From the NCBI GenBank assembly GCA_965203905.1, contig CBDBDQ010000005.1:5312001-5376000 (forward strand): a stretch of DNA of 64,000 nt, written 5' to 3'. Shown piece after piece: positions 8,963-18,790 of this stretch (positions are counted from its first letter, which is position 1; each line of letters begins with the position of its first letter). A program made the position numbers and the translations under genes. The notes below the pieces were generated by a model. The model saw only the letters and a list, made by a program, of their open reading frames with translations. It ran no database searches and was not told where the DNA came from. The DNA is from Spirochaetia bacterium (lineage in GTDB: Bacteria > Spirochaetota > Spirochaetia > SZUA-6 > Bin103).

Positions 8963-11900
8963 CTACGCGGGCGCGGGGGGAGGGCGGCCTTCCAGGGCCG
9001 CGAGCACGGTGGGGACGTAGCGCATCTGCTGCGACAGGCGTTTGCCGAGGTCGCGGTGGCCTTCCAGGTCCGGGAGCTGGCTCAGCGCCGGCAGCGCCCG
9101 CCGCAGGCAGTCCCCCAGCTCGGTGTCGCCGGAGAGCGCGTAGGCGTCGGCGATGCCCTCGATCACGATCTGGGTGTTGCCGGCCTCGCCGCGGCTCAGC
9201 CGCTGCATGGTGGCGCAACTGCCGCCGATGAACAGGCCGTTTTCGCGGTCCAGCGTCTCCCGGATCAGCCAGCGGGCGCCGGCCACGATCGACTCCGCCA
9301 CCGCGGGATCGCCAGTGAGGTCGTGGTAGCGCTTCATGCCCGACAGCAGCACCGTGACCATGAAGGCGATGTTGCCGCGGCAGTGGGGGTAGCCGCACCA
9401 GCAGTGGCCGGAGGTGAGCATCCGGGTCCAGGCGCCGCCGGCGTCCTGCTTCTCGAGGATCCGGCGTACCACGATGGCGGCGCCGTTGCGGGCGCGCGGG
9501 TCGCCGGTGGCGGCGGCCAGGGTGGAGAGGTGGATCAGGTGCCAGCCGGCTTCGCGCACCGCGCTGAACTCGTAGTGGTCGAGCCGCTCCGGCTGCAGCA
9601 GCCAGTCGGCGGTGCGGGAGAGCGAGTCGCGCACGCCCTCGTCGCCGCTCAGCAGGTAGTGCAGCAGGGCGCCCTCCAGCCAGGTGTGGGACGGGATGCC
9701 GCGGGTGCCGTTGACCTTGCTGCGGAACAGCGGCGGCAGGTAGCCGCCGACGTGGGCCGGCATGTGCAGCGCCTGCAGGCCGACGCAGGAGGGGGTCGAG
9801 AAACAGTTCACCGTGTCCACGTCGGCCAGGTGGCGGGCGGCGGCGGCGCCCCAGCGGGCCCAGGCGGGGTCGCCGCCGCGCAGGAACTCCCAGTAGGCGC
9901 CGTAGGGGGTGTCGTACTCGTTGTTGCCCCAGCACCAGTCGCCCTCGCCGTACCAGTCGCCGAAATTCAGGTGGCCGTAGGCGCGGTTGGCTTCGCGGTC
10001 CTCCTGCAGCAGGCGCAACGCCTGCGCGGTCAGGGCCTCGTAGTCGGGCAGCGGCGAGCCATCCTTGGCGGCCAGGCGCGGCAGGGCGCCGGTGCCGTTG
10101 CTGTAGGCCGGCAGCGGGCGCACCACCGGCGGCTCCTCCAGCCAACGGAACAGCGGCTCCGCCGCGGCAGCGGCGGCGGGGAAGCCGATCAGGACCTCGG
10201 TGGTCAGGGCCAATCCTTCGCGCAGCAGGTAGCGGTCGCCGTCGAGCCAACGGTACAGCCGGTGCCATGCCTCGGCGTCCCCGGGCAGCTCGGCGTCGGA
10301 TCGCGGCGCCAGCAGTTCCAGCATGACCTCGCCGGCGTTGACGCGGAGGCCCTTGGGGTAGGTCTGCCAGAAGTTGCGCACTCCCAGGGCCAGCAGCCCA
10401 CTGGCCCCCTCGACCACGACGTGGCCGTGCGCTCGTCCCGAGCGCTCACTCGGAGCGGCGGCCGGACCGACGCGGTGCCCCAGGTCATGCTCGTGGCGCA
10501 GCAGCCACGGTTGTTCCTGTTCGACCGAGTGCAGGCGGCCATCGAACCGCACGGCGCCGGCGCCGCTCCACGGCAGTCGCAGTGCGCAGCAGCGCACCGG
10601 CAGCAGGGTCTCCCGCTCGTCCGTGGCTTCGGCCTCGTACGGCGCCGCGCCGGGGTCGGCGCACACGACCAGCAGGCGGTGGACCAGCCTGCAGAACGGT
10701 TGGCCGGCATGGACGTGCAGCCGCAGGTCGCTCCGCAGGCGCTCGTGTCCAGCGCGGTCGCGGTGCGCGACGAGCAGCTGCACCACCGCATGGACGCCAC
10801 CGGCGTGCTCAAGCGCTGGCGGCCTGGCGGCCGAGCTACTCAGCGGAGTCCCGTCGCCCAGCCGCACCTCGCAGGCTTCCGCGAGCGGCCCGCCGGCCAG
10901 CAGCTCCTTCCATCCGCCGGCTTCGGTGCGCCGTTCCAGGCGCAGCCACGAATCGCCGGCCGGCGGCGTTCCGTCCGCTTGCGGCGGCGTGCCGCGCACG
11001 GTGACTCTCAGGCGGTCGCCGCGTACCGTCACGGCGTCCGCGTCGCAGGAGCAGGTGAGGGGGCCTGCCGGCTCCGCGCCGCCGGCGCCGCCCAGGTGGA
11101 GCCGCAGTAAGCGGAAGCCCTGTGCGGTGCCGTCCGGCGCCGCTTCCGGGACGGTGGCGTCCACCAGCACCCAGCGCGCGGAACCGTCGGGCCAACGGCT
11201 GTGGATGCGGGTCTGCGCGCCGCGGGGCGCGGCTCCCTCCGCCTCGAGCGTGGCACCGGGAGCACGATGCAGCATGGCGCGTGGGACCGGCACGCCGAAC
11301 CGCAGCGGCAGCCCGGCCAGGGCAGCGGCGGCGCCGCCGGTGGGGGCAGCCAACTCCAGCTCCGCCGTGAGCGGCCGGTCCGGCGGCGCCCCCTCCCGGC
11401 CGGTGTTGACCGTCCGGGTGACCTCCGAGGCGGCTCCAGCCTGCTCGATCGCCTTGACCCGCACGGTATAGGTGCGCGCGGGCAGCAGTGCCGGCAGCGC
11501 CAAGGCGTGCAGTGTCGAGCGTCCCTCTTCCACGGCCCGGACCGGCGCAGCGCCCGGAGTGCGCGCCGTCACCTCCAGGCGCGCGGGCGGGTAGGTGACG
11601 CAGTGCACGGTGGCTGCGCCTCGTGCGCCGTCCGCGCCGCTTGCGGCGGCCACCTCCAGGGCTTCGATCGCCGGTTTGAACGAGCTCGCGCGCGGACACT
11701 CGGCCAGCAATGCCAGGCGCTCCAGGCGGCACGCGCCGCGGCAGGTGGCGGCGGCCTGCACCCACTTAACCGTGGAGTCGAAGCGGATCGCACGCTCCAG
11801 CACCAGCAGGTGGCGGCGGTTGTCGTGGCGGTGCGCCGCGACGACGCCCACCGGGTCGGCACCGAGGCCGATCTCGAAGGCCAGCTCTTCGCCGGCGGCG

Positions 11901-12175
11901 TCGTACACCAGCAACGCCAGGAAATAGGTTCCCGGCAGCTTGGGGTTCTTCACCGGTACCCGGAACCGGTGCCGCACGGTCGACCGCACGCCCGCCCGCA
12001 CCACGCTCGGCGGGCGGTATACGCTCGGGTTGGCGTAGCCGGTCAGCCCCAGGTCGGGTACGAACCCGTCCAGTGCCTCGCAGTCGAGCGCCGGCCAGAA
12101 GTGGTTTCGCGGATCGTCGAGCAGCGCCTGGATCCGCGCTTCCTCGGCGACGTCGACGCAGCCGGGCAGCGGCAT
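8963..12175 (-). CDS. Large YetA/PcRGLX-like (exo-rhamnogalacturonan lyase-like) protein
   Basis: FGVPVPR..SRWPDGSARWVLVD N-terminal motif, VRNFWQTYPKGL, YGHLNFGDW..WGNNEYD, helical toroid C-terminus; probable start MPLPGC at 12175. Confidence 0.65.
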   Translation of the reverse strand: MPLPGCVDVAEEARIQALLDDPRNHFWPALDCEALDGFVPDLGLTGYANPSVYRPPSVVRAGVRSTVRHRFRVPVKNPKLPGTYFLALLVYDAAGEELAFEIGLGADPVGVVAAHRHDNRRHLLVLERAIRFDSTVKWVQAAATCRGACRLERLALLAECPRASSFKPAIEALEVAAASGADGARGAATVHCVTYPPARLEVTARTPGAAPVRAVEEGRSTLHALALPALLPARTYTVRVKAIEQAGAASEVTRTVNTGREGAPPDRPLTAELELAAPTGGAAAALAGLPLRFGVPVPRAMLHRAPGATLEAEGAAPRGAQTRIHSRWPDGSARWVLVDATVPEAAPDGTAQGFRLLRLHLGGAGGAEPAGPLTCSCDADAVTVRGDRLRVTVRGTPPQADGTPPAGDSWLRLERRTEAGGWKELLAGGPLAEACEVRLGDGTPLSSSAARPPALEHAGGVHAVVQLLVAHRDRAGHERLRSDLRLHVHAGQPFCRLVHRLLVVCADPGAAPYEAEATDERETLLPVRCCALRLPWSGAGAVRFDGRLHSVEQEQPWLLRHEHDLGHRVGPAAAPSERSGRAHGHVVVEGASGLLALGVRNFWQTYPKGLRVNAGEVMLELLAPRSDAELPGDAEAWHRLYRWLDGDRYLLREGLALTTEVLIGFPAAAAAAEPLFRWLEEPPVVRPLPAYSNGTGALPRLAAKDGSPLPDYEALTAQALRLLQEDREANRAYGHLNFGDWYGEGDWCWGNNEYDTPYGAYWEFLRGGDPAWARWGAAAARHLADVDTVNCFSTPSCVGLQALHMPAHVGGYLPPLFRSKVNGTRGIPSHTWLEGALLHYLLSGDEGVRDSLSRTADWLLQPERLDHYEFSAVREAGWHLIHLSTLAAATGDPRARNGAAIVVRRILEKQDAGGAWTRMLTSGHCWCGYPHCRGNIAFMVTVLLSGMKRYHDLTGDPAVAESIVAGARWLIRETLDRENGLFIGGSCATMQRLSRGEAGNTQIVIEGIADAYALSGDTELGDCLRRALPALSQLPDLEGHRDLGKRLSQQMRYVPTVLAALEGRPPPAPA

Positions 12176-12179
12176 GCGG

Positions 12180-13595
12180 TCAGAACGGGCTGTCCGGCGT
12201 GGTGATCGGGCACCAGCGCGCCACCGCCAGCCAGTCCAGCAGCAGCTCGGTGGCGGCGGGCGTTCGCAGCCGCCGCAGCGCCTCCGCGGTGAGGCCGCGC
12301 AGGTAACGGTTGCGGCTCTCCAGGTAAGGCGCAAGCAGCCCGGTGATGCGGGCGCCGGCGGCGGCATCGAGCCGCGGCGCCAAGCGGACGATGGCCTGCG
12401 CGGCAATCTGACGCCGGTAGCCGTGGTCTGGAAGATCCGCATCCAGGGTTGCTTCCAGCGCCACGATGGATGCTTCCGCATCGCCGTCGGAACAGGTGCC
12501 GAGGGCCGTGGCGGCCCAGGTGCGTACCTGTTCATCGTCGTCGGCCAGCGCCCGGCGTAGCGCCTGCGCCGCAGGCGCGATGGGGCCTCCCATCTCGGCC
12601 AGCGCCTGCGCGGCGCGGCCGCGGACCTGGGAGGAGGCATGTTCCAGGGCTGCTTCCAGCGCCGGCACGGCGGCGGCGCCCAGGGCCGCCAGCGCGTAGA
12701 CGGAGCGGTTGACCGTGGCCGCGCAGTCGCCGGCCAGCGCGTCGCTCAGTTGCGCGGCGACCGTGGAGGCGTCGCCGTTGGCCGCCGCCGCGACCGCATA
12801 CGCGGCTTCCATGCCGCACTGAACGTGGGGGTCGGCCAACCCCGTGAGGTCGGCGGCGGCGGCGCCGTTGGCGGCCGCCGAGGCCCCGTTGCCCGCGGGT
12901 ACGGCCTCGCCTGCCGCTTCGCCGCGATGCCAGCACCACATGGCGCGCCAGAGCGAGCACTCGGTATCCCAGTCGGGATCGGCCGCGTCCCATTCCGGCG
13001 CCTGCGGTTCCTGCATCCGGTGAAGCAGGAACTTCATCATGTAGCGCGGGCGCTGCGCGCGGTTGGCGGTGGCGCCGTGCCACAGCTCGTAGTGGGTGAT
13101 GGTGACCGTACCGGCGGTGCCGGTCAGCGACAGCACGTCCACATCCTCGGGACGGTCCCGGTAGTACTGGCTGCCCGGCAGTACGCCAGTGGGCCCCAGA
13201 CGCTCCGGGGTGTCCTGGGGATAGTAGAGCAGCAGCACCTTGCGGGTGCGGTGATCACCCTGGCTGCCGCCATCCTGGTGGATGCGCTGCGGCTCGCTGC
13301 CCGGCTGGTTGGCGTGGCAGTAGCGGTGATCGTCCAGCAGGTAGCCCGGTCCGAGAATGCTGGTCAGGGCGCCGTGCACCGCCGGGTCCGCGAGCATCCT
13401 CGACAGCTCCGGGATCCGCGGCAGCAGGTTGTTGCCGGGATTCGGCTCGGCGCCGAGCAGCGCGTCGGTTTGACGGCAGATCGAGGTGTGGAACTCGTCC
13501 GGCAACGAGGTCTGCACCGTCACGTAACCGTTGCGGATGAAGTCCTGCATCTGCCGGTCCGAGAGCAGAGGCGCGGTCTGACTGTTGGCGGCCAT
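12180..13595 (-). CDS. Phytanoyl-CoA dioxygenase (PhyH) fused to HEAT repeats
   Basis: FIRNGYV, IHQDG, YYPQD, GPTGVLPGSQY, LWHGA, followed by VRGRAAQALAEMG and VRTWAATALG HEAT repeats; GGAGG RBS before ATG 13595. Confidence 0.85.
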   Translation of the reverse strand: MAANSQTAPLLSDRQMQDFIRNGYVTVQTSLPDEFHTSICRQTDALLGAEPNPGNNLLPRIPELSRMLADPAVHGALTSILGPGYLLDDHRYCHANQPGSEPQRIHQDGGSQGDHRTRKVLLLYYPQDTPERLGPTGVLPGSQYYRDRPEDVDVLSLTGTAGTVTITHYELWHGATANRAQRPRYMMKFLLHRMQEPQAPEWDAADPDWDTECSLWRAMWCWHRGEAAGEAVPAGNGASAAANGAAAADLTGLADPHVQCGMEAAYAVAAAANGDASTVAAQLSDALAGDCAATVNRSVYALAALGAAAVPALEAALEHASSQVRGRAAQALAEMGGPIAPAAQALRRALADDDEQVRTWAATALGTCSDGDAEASIVALEATLDADLPDHGYRRQIAAQAIVRLAPRLDAAAGARITGLLAPYLESRNRYLRGLTAEALRRLRTPAATELLLDWLAVARWCPITTPDSPF

Positions 13596-13656
13596 GGCGG
13601 TCCCTCCCGGCTCCATTCTACCGTTCAGCGGCCGAAGGGCCACCCCGTGTCGCGGT

Positions 13657-14184
13657 TCACATCTTCATGATGACACCGCAGGCGATGCGTCCGCCCGCAC
13701 CGCCGATCGGCTGAGTGAGGTGGTCGTCGGGGTTTTCGTGAATGATCACCGTCGAGCCGTCCTCGTCCAGCAGCGCCGGCATGTCGCCGTCGGCGACCGA
13801 CACCAGCACGGTGAAGAACTCCGCCCGCGCGGAGCCGTCGGCGGCGACGTACAGGTTGGGCAGGTCGCCGTGGTCAGGGCCCTCCGGATGCCGCAGGCCG
13901 TGCGGCACGCCATCCGGGTTGATGTGTCCGGTTGCCGCCGTGAAATCCGGCGTGCAGGCGCCGACGGCGTGCAGGTGAATGCCGTGCGCGCCCGGAGGCA
14001 GGCCCGTAACCTCGACGTACATCAGTACGCCGTGGGGCGTCTGCTCGAACGTGGCCTTGCCAATCACGGCGCCTCCCGTATCGATCATCTCCGCTGCGGC
14101 CGTGTCGGCCGCCAGCAGGCCGGGAGCCGCAAGGGCCGCCAGCATCAGGACCATCGTCACCAGGCACTTTCTGTTGAGTTGCAT
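13657..14184 (-). CDS. sodC: Cu/Zn superoxide dismutase with signal peptide
   Basis: HGIHLH, GHINP, HGDLPNL, IIHENPDD, GGRIACGVI. Confidence 0.93.
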   Translation of the reverse strand: MQLNRKCLVTMVLMLAALAAPGLLAADTAAAEMIDTGGAVIGKATFEQTPHGVLMYVEVTGLPPGAHGIHLHAVGACTPDFTAATGHINPDGVPHGLRHPEGPDHGDLPNLYVAADGSARAEFFTVLVSVADGDMPALLDEDGSTVIIHENPDDHLTQPIGGAGGRIACGVIMKM

Positions 14185-14299
14185 CTTCTCCGTCCTCCGG
14201 GTCGATTAAAGACATGCCGTCCTGAACCAGTCAACCGGCACCCATGCGACGCGCACGATCGTCAGTTAGACTGGGCGCTACCCGCAAGGAGGTATCCGC

Positions 14300-15718
14300 A
14301 TGTCGCAGCAGCAACCGTCCGCTTCCGAGCAGTCGCGTTCCCCGAACTTCGTGGTCATCTTCTGCGACGACCTGGGCTACGGCGACCTGGGCTGCTACGG
14401 GTCGCGCGACCATGACACGCCGCGGCTCGACCGGATGGCGGCCGAGGGCACCCGCTTCACCAACTTCTACGTGCCGTCGCCGGTGTGCACGCCGTCGCGT
14501 GCCGGGCTGCTCACCGGCTGCTACCCGAAACGGGTGGGGCTGGACAGCGGCGACCGATTCGCGGTCCTGCTGCCCGGCGACCCCATCGGGCTGTCCACCG
14601 ACGAGCAGACCATCGCCTCGCTGCTGCGCGGGCAGGGCTACGCTACCAAGATGGTGGGCAAGTGGCACCTCGGGGATCAGCCGGAGTTCCTCCCCGACCG
14701 CCACGGCTTCGGCGACTACTTCGGGCTGCCCTACAGCAACGACATGCTGCCCGACCACGGCATTGCCGGCCACAAGCCGTTTCCGCCGCTGATGCTGCTG
14801 CGCAACGAGAAGGTGGTGGAGACCGACCCCAACCAGGTGTCGCTCACCGACCGCTACCTGGTCGACGCGCTGCGCTTCATCCACGACAACCGCGACCGGC
14901 CGTTCTTCCTCTACCTGGCACACATGTACGTGCACGTGCCGATCTATACGCCGATGAACTACCACCGGGACTCGCGCAACGGCCCGTACGGGGCCGCCGT
15001 GGCGCACCTGGACTTCACCACCGGGGCCATCCTCGACACCCTGCGCGACCTGGGACTGGACGACAACACCATCGTGCTGTTTACCTCCGACAACGGCGCC
15101 GGGGTGCCGCGCACGCCCGACGGGGTGGACGCGCTGCGCCTCAGCCGCGGCGGCGTCGGCAGCAACCTGCCGTTGCGCGGCGGCAAGGGCAGCACCTGGG
15201 AAGGCGGCATGCGCGAACCGTTCATCGCCTGGGGACCGGGCCTGGTGCCGGCGGGCGCCACCTGCGACGAGATGTGCTCCACGCTCGACCTCCTGCCCAC
15301 CCTCGCGCGCCTGGCCGGCACCACCGAGCCGCGCGACCGGATCATCGACGGCGCCGACATCGGACCGCTGCTCACCGGGCAGCCCGGCGCCGCCACGCCC
15401 CACGAGCAGTTCTTCTACTACGGCACCGGCAGCCACACCCTCGATGCCGTGCGCGCCGGGCGCTGGAAGCTGCACCTGGACAAGGACGAGCTGTACGACC
15501 TGGACGCCGACGTCGGCGAGACCACCAACCTCTTCGACCGCCACCCTCAGGTAGTGAGCGAGTTGCGCGACCGCGCCGACGCCTGCCGCGACGACCTGGG
15601 AGACGCCCGCACCGGCATCGCCGGTGCCAACTGCCGGCCCGTCGGCCGGGTGGAGAATCCCCGCACCCTGCTGCCGGTTACGGAAGACGATATCTGGGTG
15701 CGCGCGGTCTACGACTGA
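14300..15718 (+). CDS. Formylglycine-dependent sulfatase
   Basis: DDLGYGD, CTPSRAGLLTG, GKWHLG, FTSDNG. Confidence 0.93.
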   Translation: MSQQQPSASEQSRSPNFVVIFCDDLGYGDLGCYGSRDHDTPRLDRMAAEGTRFTNFYVPSPVCTPSRAGLLTGCYPKRVGLDSGDRFAVLLPGDPIGLSTDEQTIASLLRGQGYATKMVGKWHLGDQPEFLPDRHGFGDYFGLPYSNDMLPDHGIAGHKPFPPLMLLRNEKVVETDPNQVSLTDRYLVDALRFIHDNRDRPFFLYLAHMYVHVPIYTPMNYHRDSRNGPYGAAVAHLDFTTGAILDTLRDLGLDDNTIVLFTSDNGAGVPRTPDGVDALRLSRGGVGSNLPLRGGKGSTWEGGMREPFIAWGPGLVPAGATCDEMCSTLDLLPTLARLAGTTEPRDRIIDGADIGPLLTGQPGAATPHEQFFYYGTGSHTLDAVRAGRWKLHLDKDELYDLDADVGETTNLFDRHPQVVSELRDRADACRDDLGDARTGIAGANCRPVGRVENPRTLLPVTEDDIWVRAVYD

Positions 15719-16707
15719 GCCGTGGTCGGTGCAGTGGCCGCACGACCGTTGCCAGCGGCCCCGCCGTTCGCCGTCGCCCCCGCACCGGCTTGCGGCGGGC
15801 CGTCGGCGAACGCGAACCCGCGCATGGCGTCGATCTCGCGCCGGCTGCGGGCGATGTAGTCGCGCAGCTCCTCCAGGCCGTAGGCGCGCGCGAGTTGGCG
15901 CGCGCTCACGCCGGACTGCCGTGCCCTGAGCACGAACCAGCTCTCCAGCTCCATCCACAGTTCCTGTTCGACCGCGTCGCCGTGCTCGGCGAGCAGGCGG
16001 TCACGCTTGTCGAGGTTGTAGTTGCTGTGGTAGATGCCGCGATCCAGGTCCAGGGTGATCCGCGACACGTTGAACCCGGCGGTCTGCTCGTAGAGGAGCT
16101 GCCGGCCGGTGATGTCGTACACGAGGCAGTCGCAGGTATGGGTGGAGGTCACGATGTAGAAGTGGTGGTTCAGCGCGTGCGCCTGCAGGGAAGTCCCGGC
16201 CGAGTAGGCACTCGGCCAGATCACCAGATCGGCCTCCTGCTCGGCCAGCCGCTGCCACACTTCCGGGAAGTTGACGTCGAAGCAGGTGGTCATGCCGATG
16301 CGCCCCAAGTCGGTGTCGAACACCGGCACCGTGGTGCCGACCCCCACCGGCGGGGTCACGTCGAACTCCGACCAGTAGGTGAACACCTTGTCGTAGCAGC
16401 CGGCGACCTCCCCGCCGCGGTCGATCAGCACCGCCGTGTTCAGCCGCCGGGATCCTTCGATCCGATCGATGGGGCATACCACGTAGGCCGCGTGGCGGCG
16501 TGCCAACTCGCCCATCAGGGTGACGCTCGGGCCGTTCAGATCCTCGGGCTCGTGGTCGGCCTGTCCCATCCAGGTCTCGGGCAGGGCGATCAGGTCGCAG
16601 CCGCGCGCGCCCTCGGCGTCCACCGCCGCGGCGACCCGCCGCGGGTCGGTGCCGACCGGGAAGCTGAGCGACGCGATCCGTACCGGCCGTCCTGCGTTGG
16701 TTGCCAT
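15709..16707 (-). CDS. Carbon-nitrogen hydrolase (nitrilase family)
   Basis: LPETW, YDKV, TCFDVNFPE (E-K-C triad); GAGGAG RBS before ATG 16707. Confidence 0.88.
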   Translation of the reverse strand: MATNAGRPVRIASLSFPVGTDPRRVAAAVDAEGARGCDLIALPETWMGQADHEPEDLNGPSVTLMGELARRHAAYVVCPIDRIEGSRRLNTAVLIDRGGEVAGCYDKVFTYWSEFDVTPPVGVGTTVPVFDTDLGRIGMTTCFDVNFPEVWQRLAEQEADLVIWPSAYSAGTSLQAHALNHHFYIVTSTHTCDCLVYDITGRQLLYEQTAGFNVSRITLDLDRGIYHSNYNLDKRDRLLAEHGDAVEQELWMELESWFVLRARQSGVSARQLARAYGLEELRDYIARSRREIDAMRGFAFADGPPQAGAGATANGGAAGNGRAATAPTTAQS

Positions 16708-16732
16708 CTGCTCCTCCTCGGTTCCGGCGCCG

Positions 16733-17716
16733 TCACTCCCCGGCCAGCGTGGCAATGGCCAGGATCTTCTCGGCGACGTCCATGGTCTTGACGCAGTCGC
16801 GGAACGGCGAGCTGGTCACCTCCCGGCCGCTCTTCAGCGAGTCGATGAACTCGCGGTTCTTGGCCTGGAAGCCGCCCAACACGAAGCGCTCGCTGCTGCC
16901 GGCGACTTCCTCGGTGGCATACTCCACTCCGTCGTAGTCGCCGTCCGCGTAGAGGTAGGCCTTGGCCTCCAGCTCGGCGTCGACGTAGATGCGGGGCGCG
17001 TGCATCTGCACGCGGAACACGCGCCGGCCGCTGGACCAGCTATTGATCACGAACCCGGTGGCGCCGTTGTCGAAGTAGAGCATCGCCCCGATCCAGTTGA
17101 TGTCCGGGGTGCCGACCCGACGGCAGCGGCTGTCCAGGTCCTCCACCTCGCCGCCGCACATCCAGCGCACCGTGTCGATGGAGTGGGTGCAATCGTCCAT
17201 CATGTGGTCGCGGGCGGTGTAGTGAGGGTCCGGCTCGCACTTGTAGAACTCGCACACCGAGTGAGTGATCGGTCCGCGTTTCAGGCACTCCTCCCGCATC
17301 TTCACCAGGAGCGGGGCGCTGCGGCGCTGGTGACTCACCTGGGTGACCGCGCCGTGCTTCTCCGCCAGCTCGGTCAGGATCAGGGCCTGGTGGCGGCTGA
17401 GTCCCATCGGCTTCTCGATGTAGAGATTGAGCCCCTGCTGCAGGCACCAGATCCAGATGTCGATCATGATGTTCGGATGCCCGATCGCGTACACGCCGTC
17501 GGGCTTCACCTCTTCCACCATCTTGCGGTAGTCGGTGTAGCGGCGCTCGATTCCGTAGGAGTCGGCAGTCTTGGCCAGCCGGCTCTCGTCGAGGTCGCAG
17601 ATGCCGCCGAATTCGACATCCGGAAACGAGGCCAGCGACGGGTAGTGGACGTTATTGGCCATGCTGCCGGCACCGATCATTGCGACTCGCACCACGTCGC
17701 GTCCCTGCTGCGCCAT
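16733..17716 (-). CDS. Gfo/Idh/MocA oxidoreductase
   Basis: IGAGSMA, IEKPMG, DDCTHSID. Confidence 0.9.
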   Translation of the reverse strand: MAQQGRDVVRVAMIGAGSMANNVHYPSLASFPDVEFGGICDLDESRLAKTADSYGIERRYTDYRKMVEEVKPDGVYAIGHPNIMIDIWIWCLQQGLNLYIEKPMGLSRHQALILTELAEKHGAVTQVSHQRRSAPLLVKMREECLKRGPITHSVCEFYKCEPDPHYTARDHMMDDCTHSIDTVRWMCGGEVEDLDSRCRRVGTPDINWIGAMLYFDNGATGFVINSWSSGRRVFRVQMHAPRIYVDAELEAKAYLYADGDYDGVEYATEEVAGSSERFVLGGFQAKNREFIDSLKSGREVTSSPFRDCVKTMDVAEKILAIATLAGE

Positions 17717-17874
17717 CCGTTGGCACCTCCTGCGAGCGTGGGTAAGTATATCATCAATCCTCGAGGAACATGGAGGATAGAAAAGCCTGATATGCCCGTA
17801 CCGACACGGATGCTTCCCCTACGCCGCGCTCGCGCCGGGGCGCACGCCCGAACAGCTTCGCGAAGAGCAGAAGG

Positions 17875-18087
17875 TCAGCAGCCGCCGTCAGCCGTGTCCA
17901 GTTGCTGCTTCAGGCGCCGGAATGCGGCCTCGTCGATCCCGGTAGCCGCCTCGATGGCGGACCACGGCAAATCCTGTCGCAGGAAGCCCTCGATCGTTTG
18001 GATCTGGCCTTCCTGTCGGCCCTCCTGCCGGCCTTCCTGCCGGCCTTCCTTTCGGCCCTGCTCAATCAGCTCCTCAACGTAGTTCAT
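17875..18087 (-). CDS. Putative intragenic small Rpn product (RpnS-like antitoxin)
   Basis: Internal GGAGGAG RBS immediately before an in-frame ATG (MNYVEELIEQGRKEGRQEG...). Confidence 0.55.
   Translation of the reverse strand: MNYVEELIEQGRKEGRQEGRQEGRQEGQIQTIEGFLRQDLPWSAIEAATGIDEAAFRRLKQQLDTADGGC
18006..18060 (-). repeat. 12-bp tandem repeat encoding EGRQ/EGRK
   Basis: About four imperfect GGCCTTCCTGCC-type units on the + strand. Confidence 0.8.
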
Positions 18088-18508
18088 CAGGTCTCCTCCC
18101 CGTCCCGGCACGTTTCTCCGCAACGCCTCGGCAAAGTATTTCCGGTTTTCTTCCGGCTGCGTCGCCAATACGTACTCCACGTACAGCAGCACCGGCACCT
18201 CGTCGCCGCCTTCCCGTTCCACCGAGAACAGCAGGTCCGCCTCGCTGTCGTGCCAGTCGTCGCTGACGAAGCGGCCCGGCAGGTGGGTGAGCGTCGACCA
18301 GCGCAGCGTCCGCCCGAGCGCCGGCGGCACGCAGGAGCGCAGCAGGCTGGCGGCGTCCTCGGTATCGGAGAACACCTTCTGGAAGTACTTGTCATGCGGT
18401 CGGCTGACCTCCGGCTGCGGTGCGCCGGGGTCCGCCTGCTCCGATGCCGGTTGGTCGGCCATGGGCGGAGCGCGAACGTAGCCACGGGTTGCCCCGCTGT
18501 CAACGTGA

Positions 18509-18543
18509 GGCAAAAGGGCAAAAGGGCAAAAGGGCAACAGGGC
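18509..18543 (+). repeat. 8-bp tandem repeat (GGGCAAAA) x3-4 upstream of rpn
   Basis: ggcaaaagggcaaaagggcaaaagggcaacagggc. Confidence 0.8.
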
Positions 18544-18790
18544 GGCAGCGGCAGCAACGGTGCATTCCCATCTTGTGGTAGCCACGCTGGTACTCGCCGC
18601 GATCCAATCCCGCGCGTGCTCTGGCGGCTGGCGCCACAATACCGGAATGCGCCCGCCATCCATCGCCATCCACGCGTTTCGTTGAGCGGCCAATTCACCC
18701 GTGGTAGGCTGCCGGCCAGCCGTCGTGGCGACGGCCAATCTTTGCAGCTCCGAGCGCAACGAATCGCGCCGGGGCCCTGAGGAGGCGCTC

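Larger units (their letters stand above)
17875..18462 (-). pseudogene. Rpn/YhgA-family recombination-promoting nuclease with an internal in-frame deletion
   Basis: PHDKYFQKVF..ADLLFSV..VLLYV is joined directly to EYVLATQ, so the EHQS catalytic motif and the middle of the protein are absent; EGRQ-repeat tail present. Confidence 0.8.
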
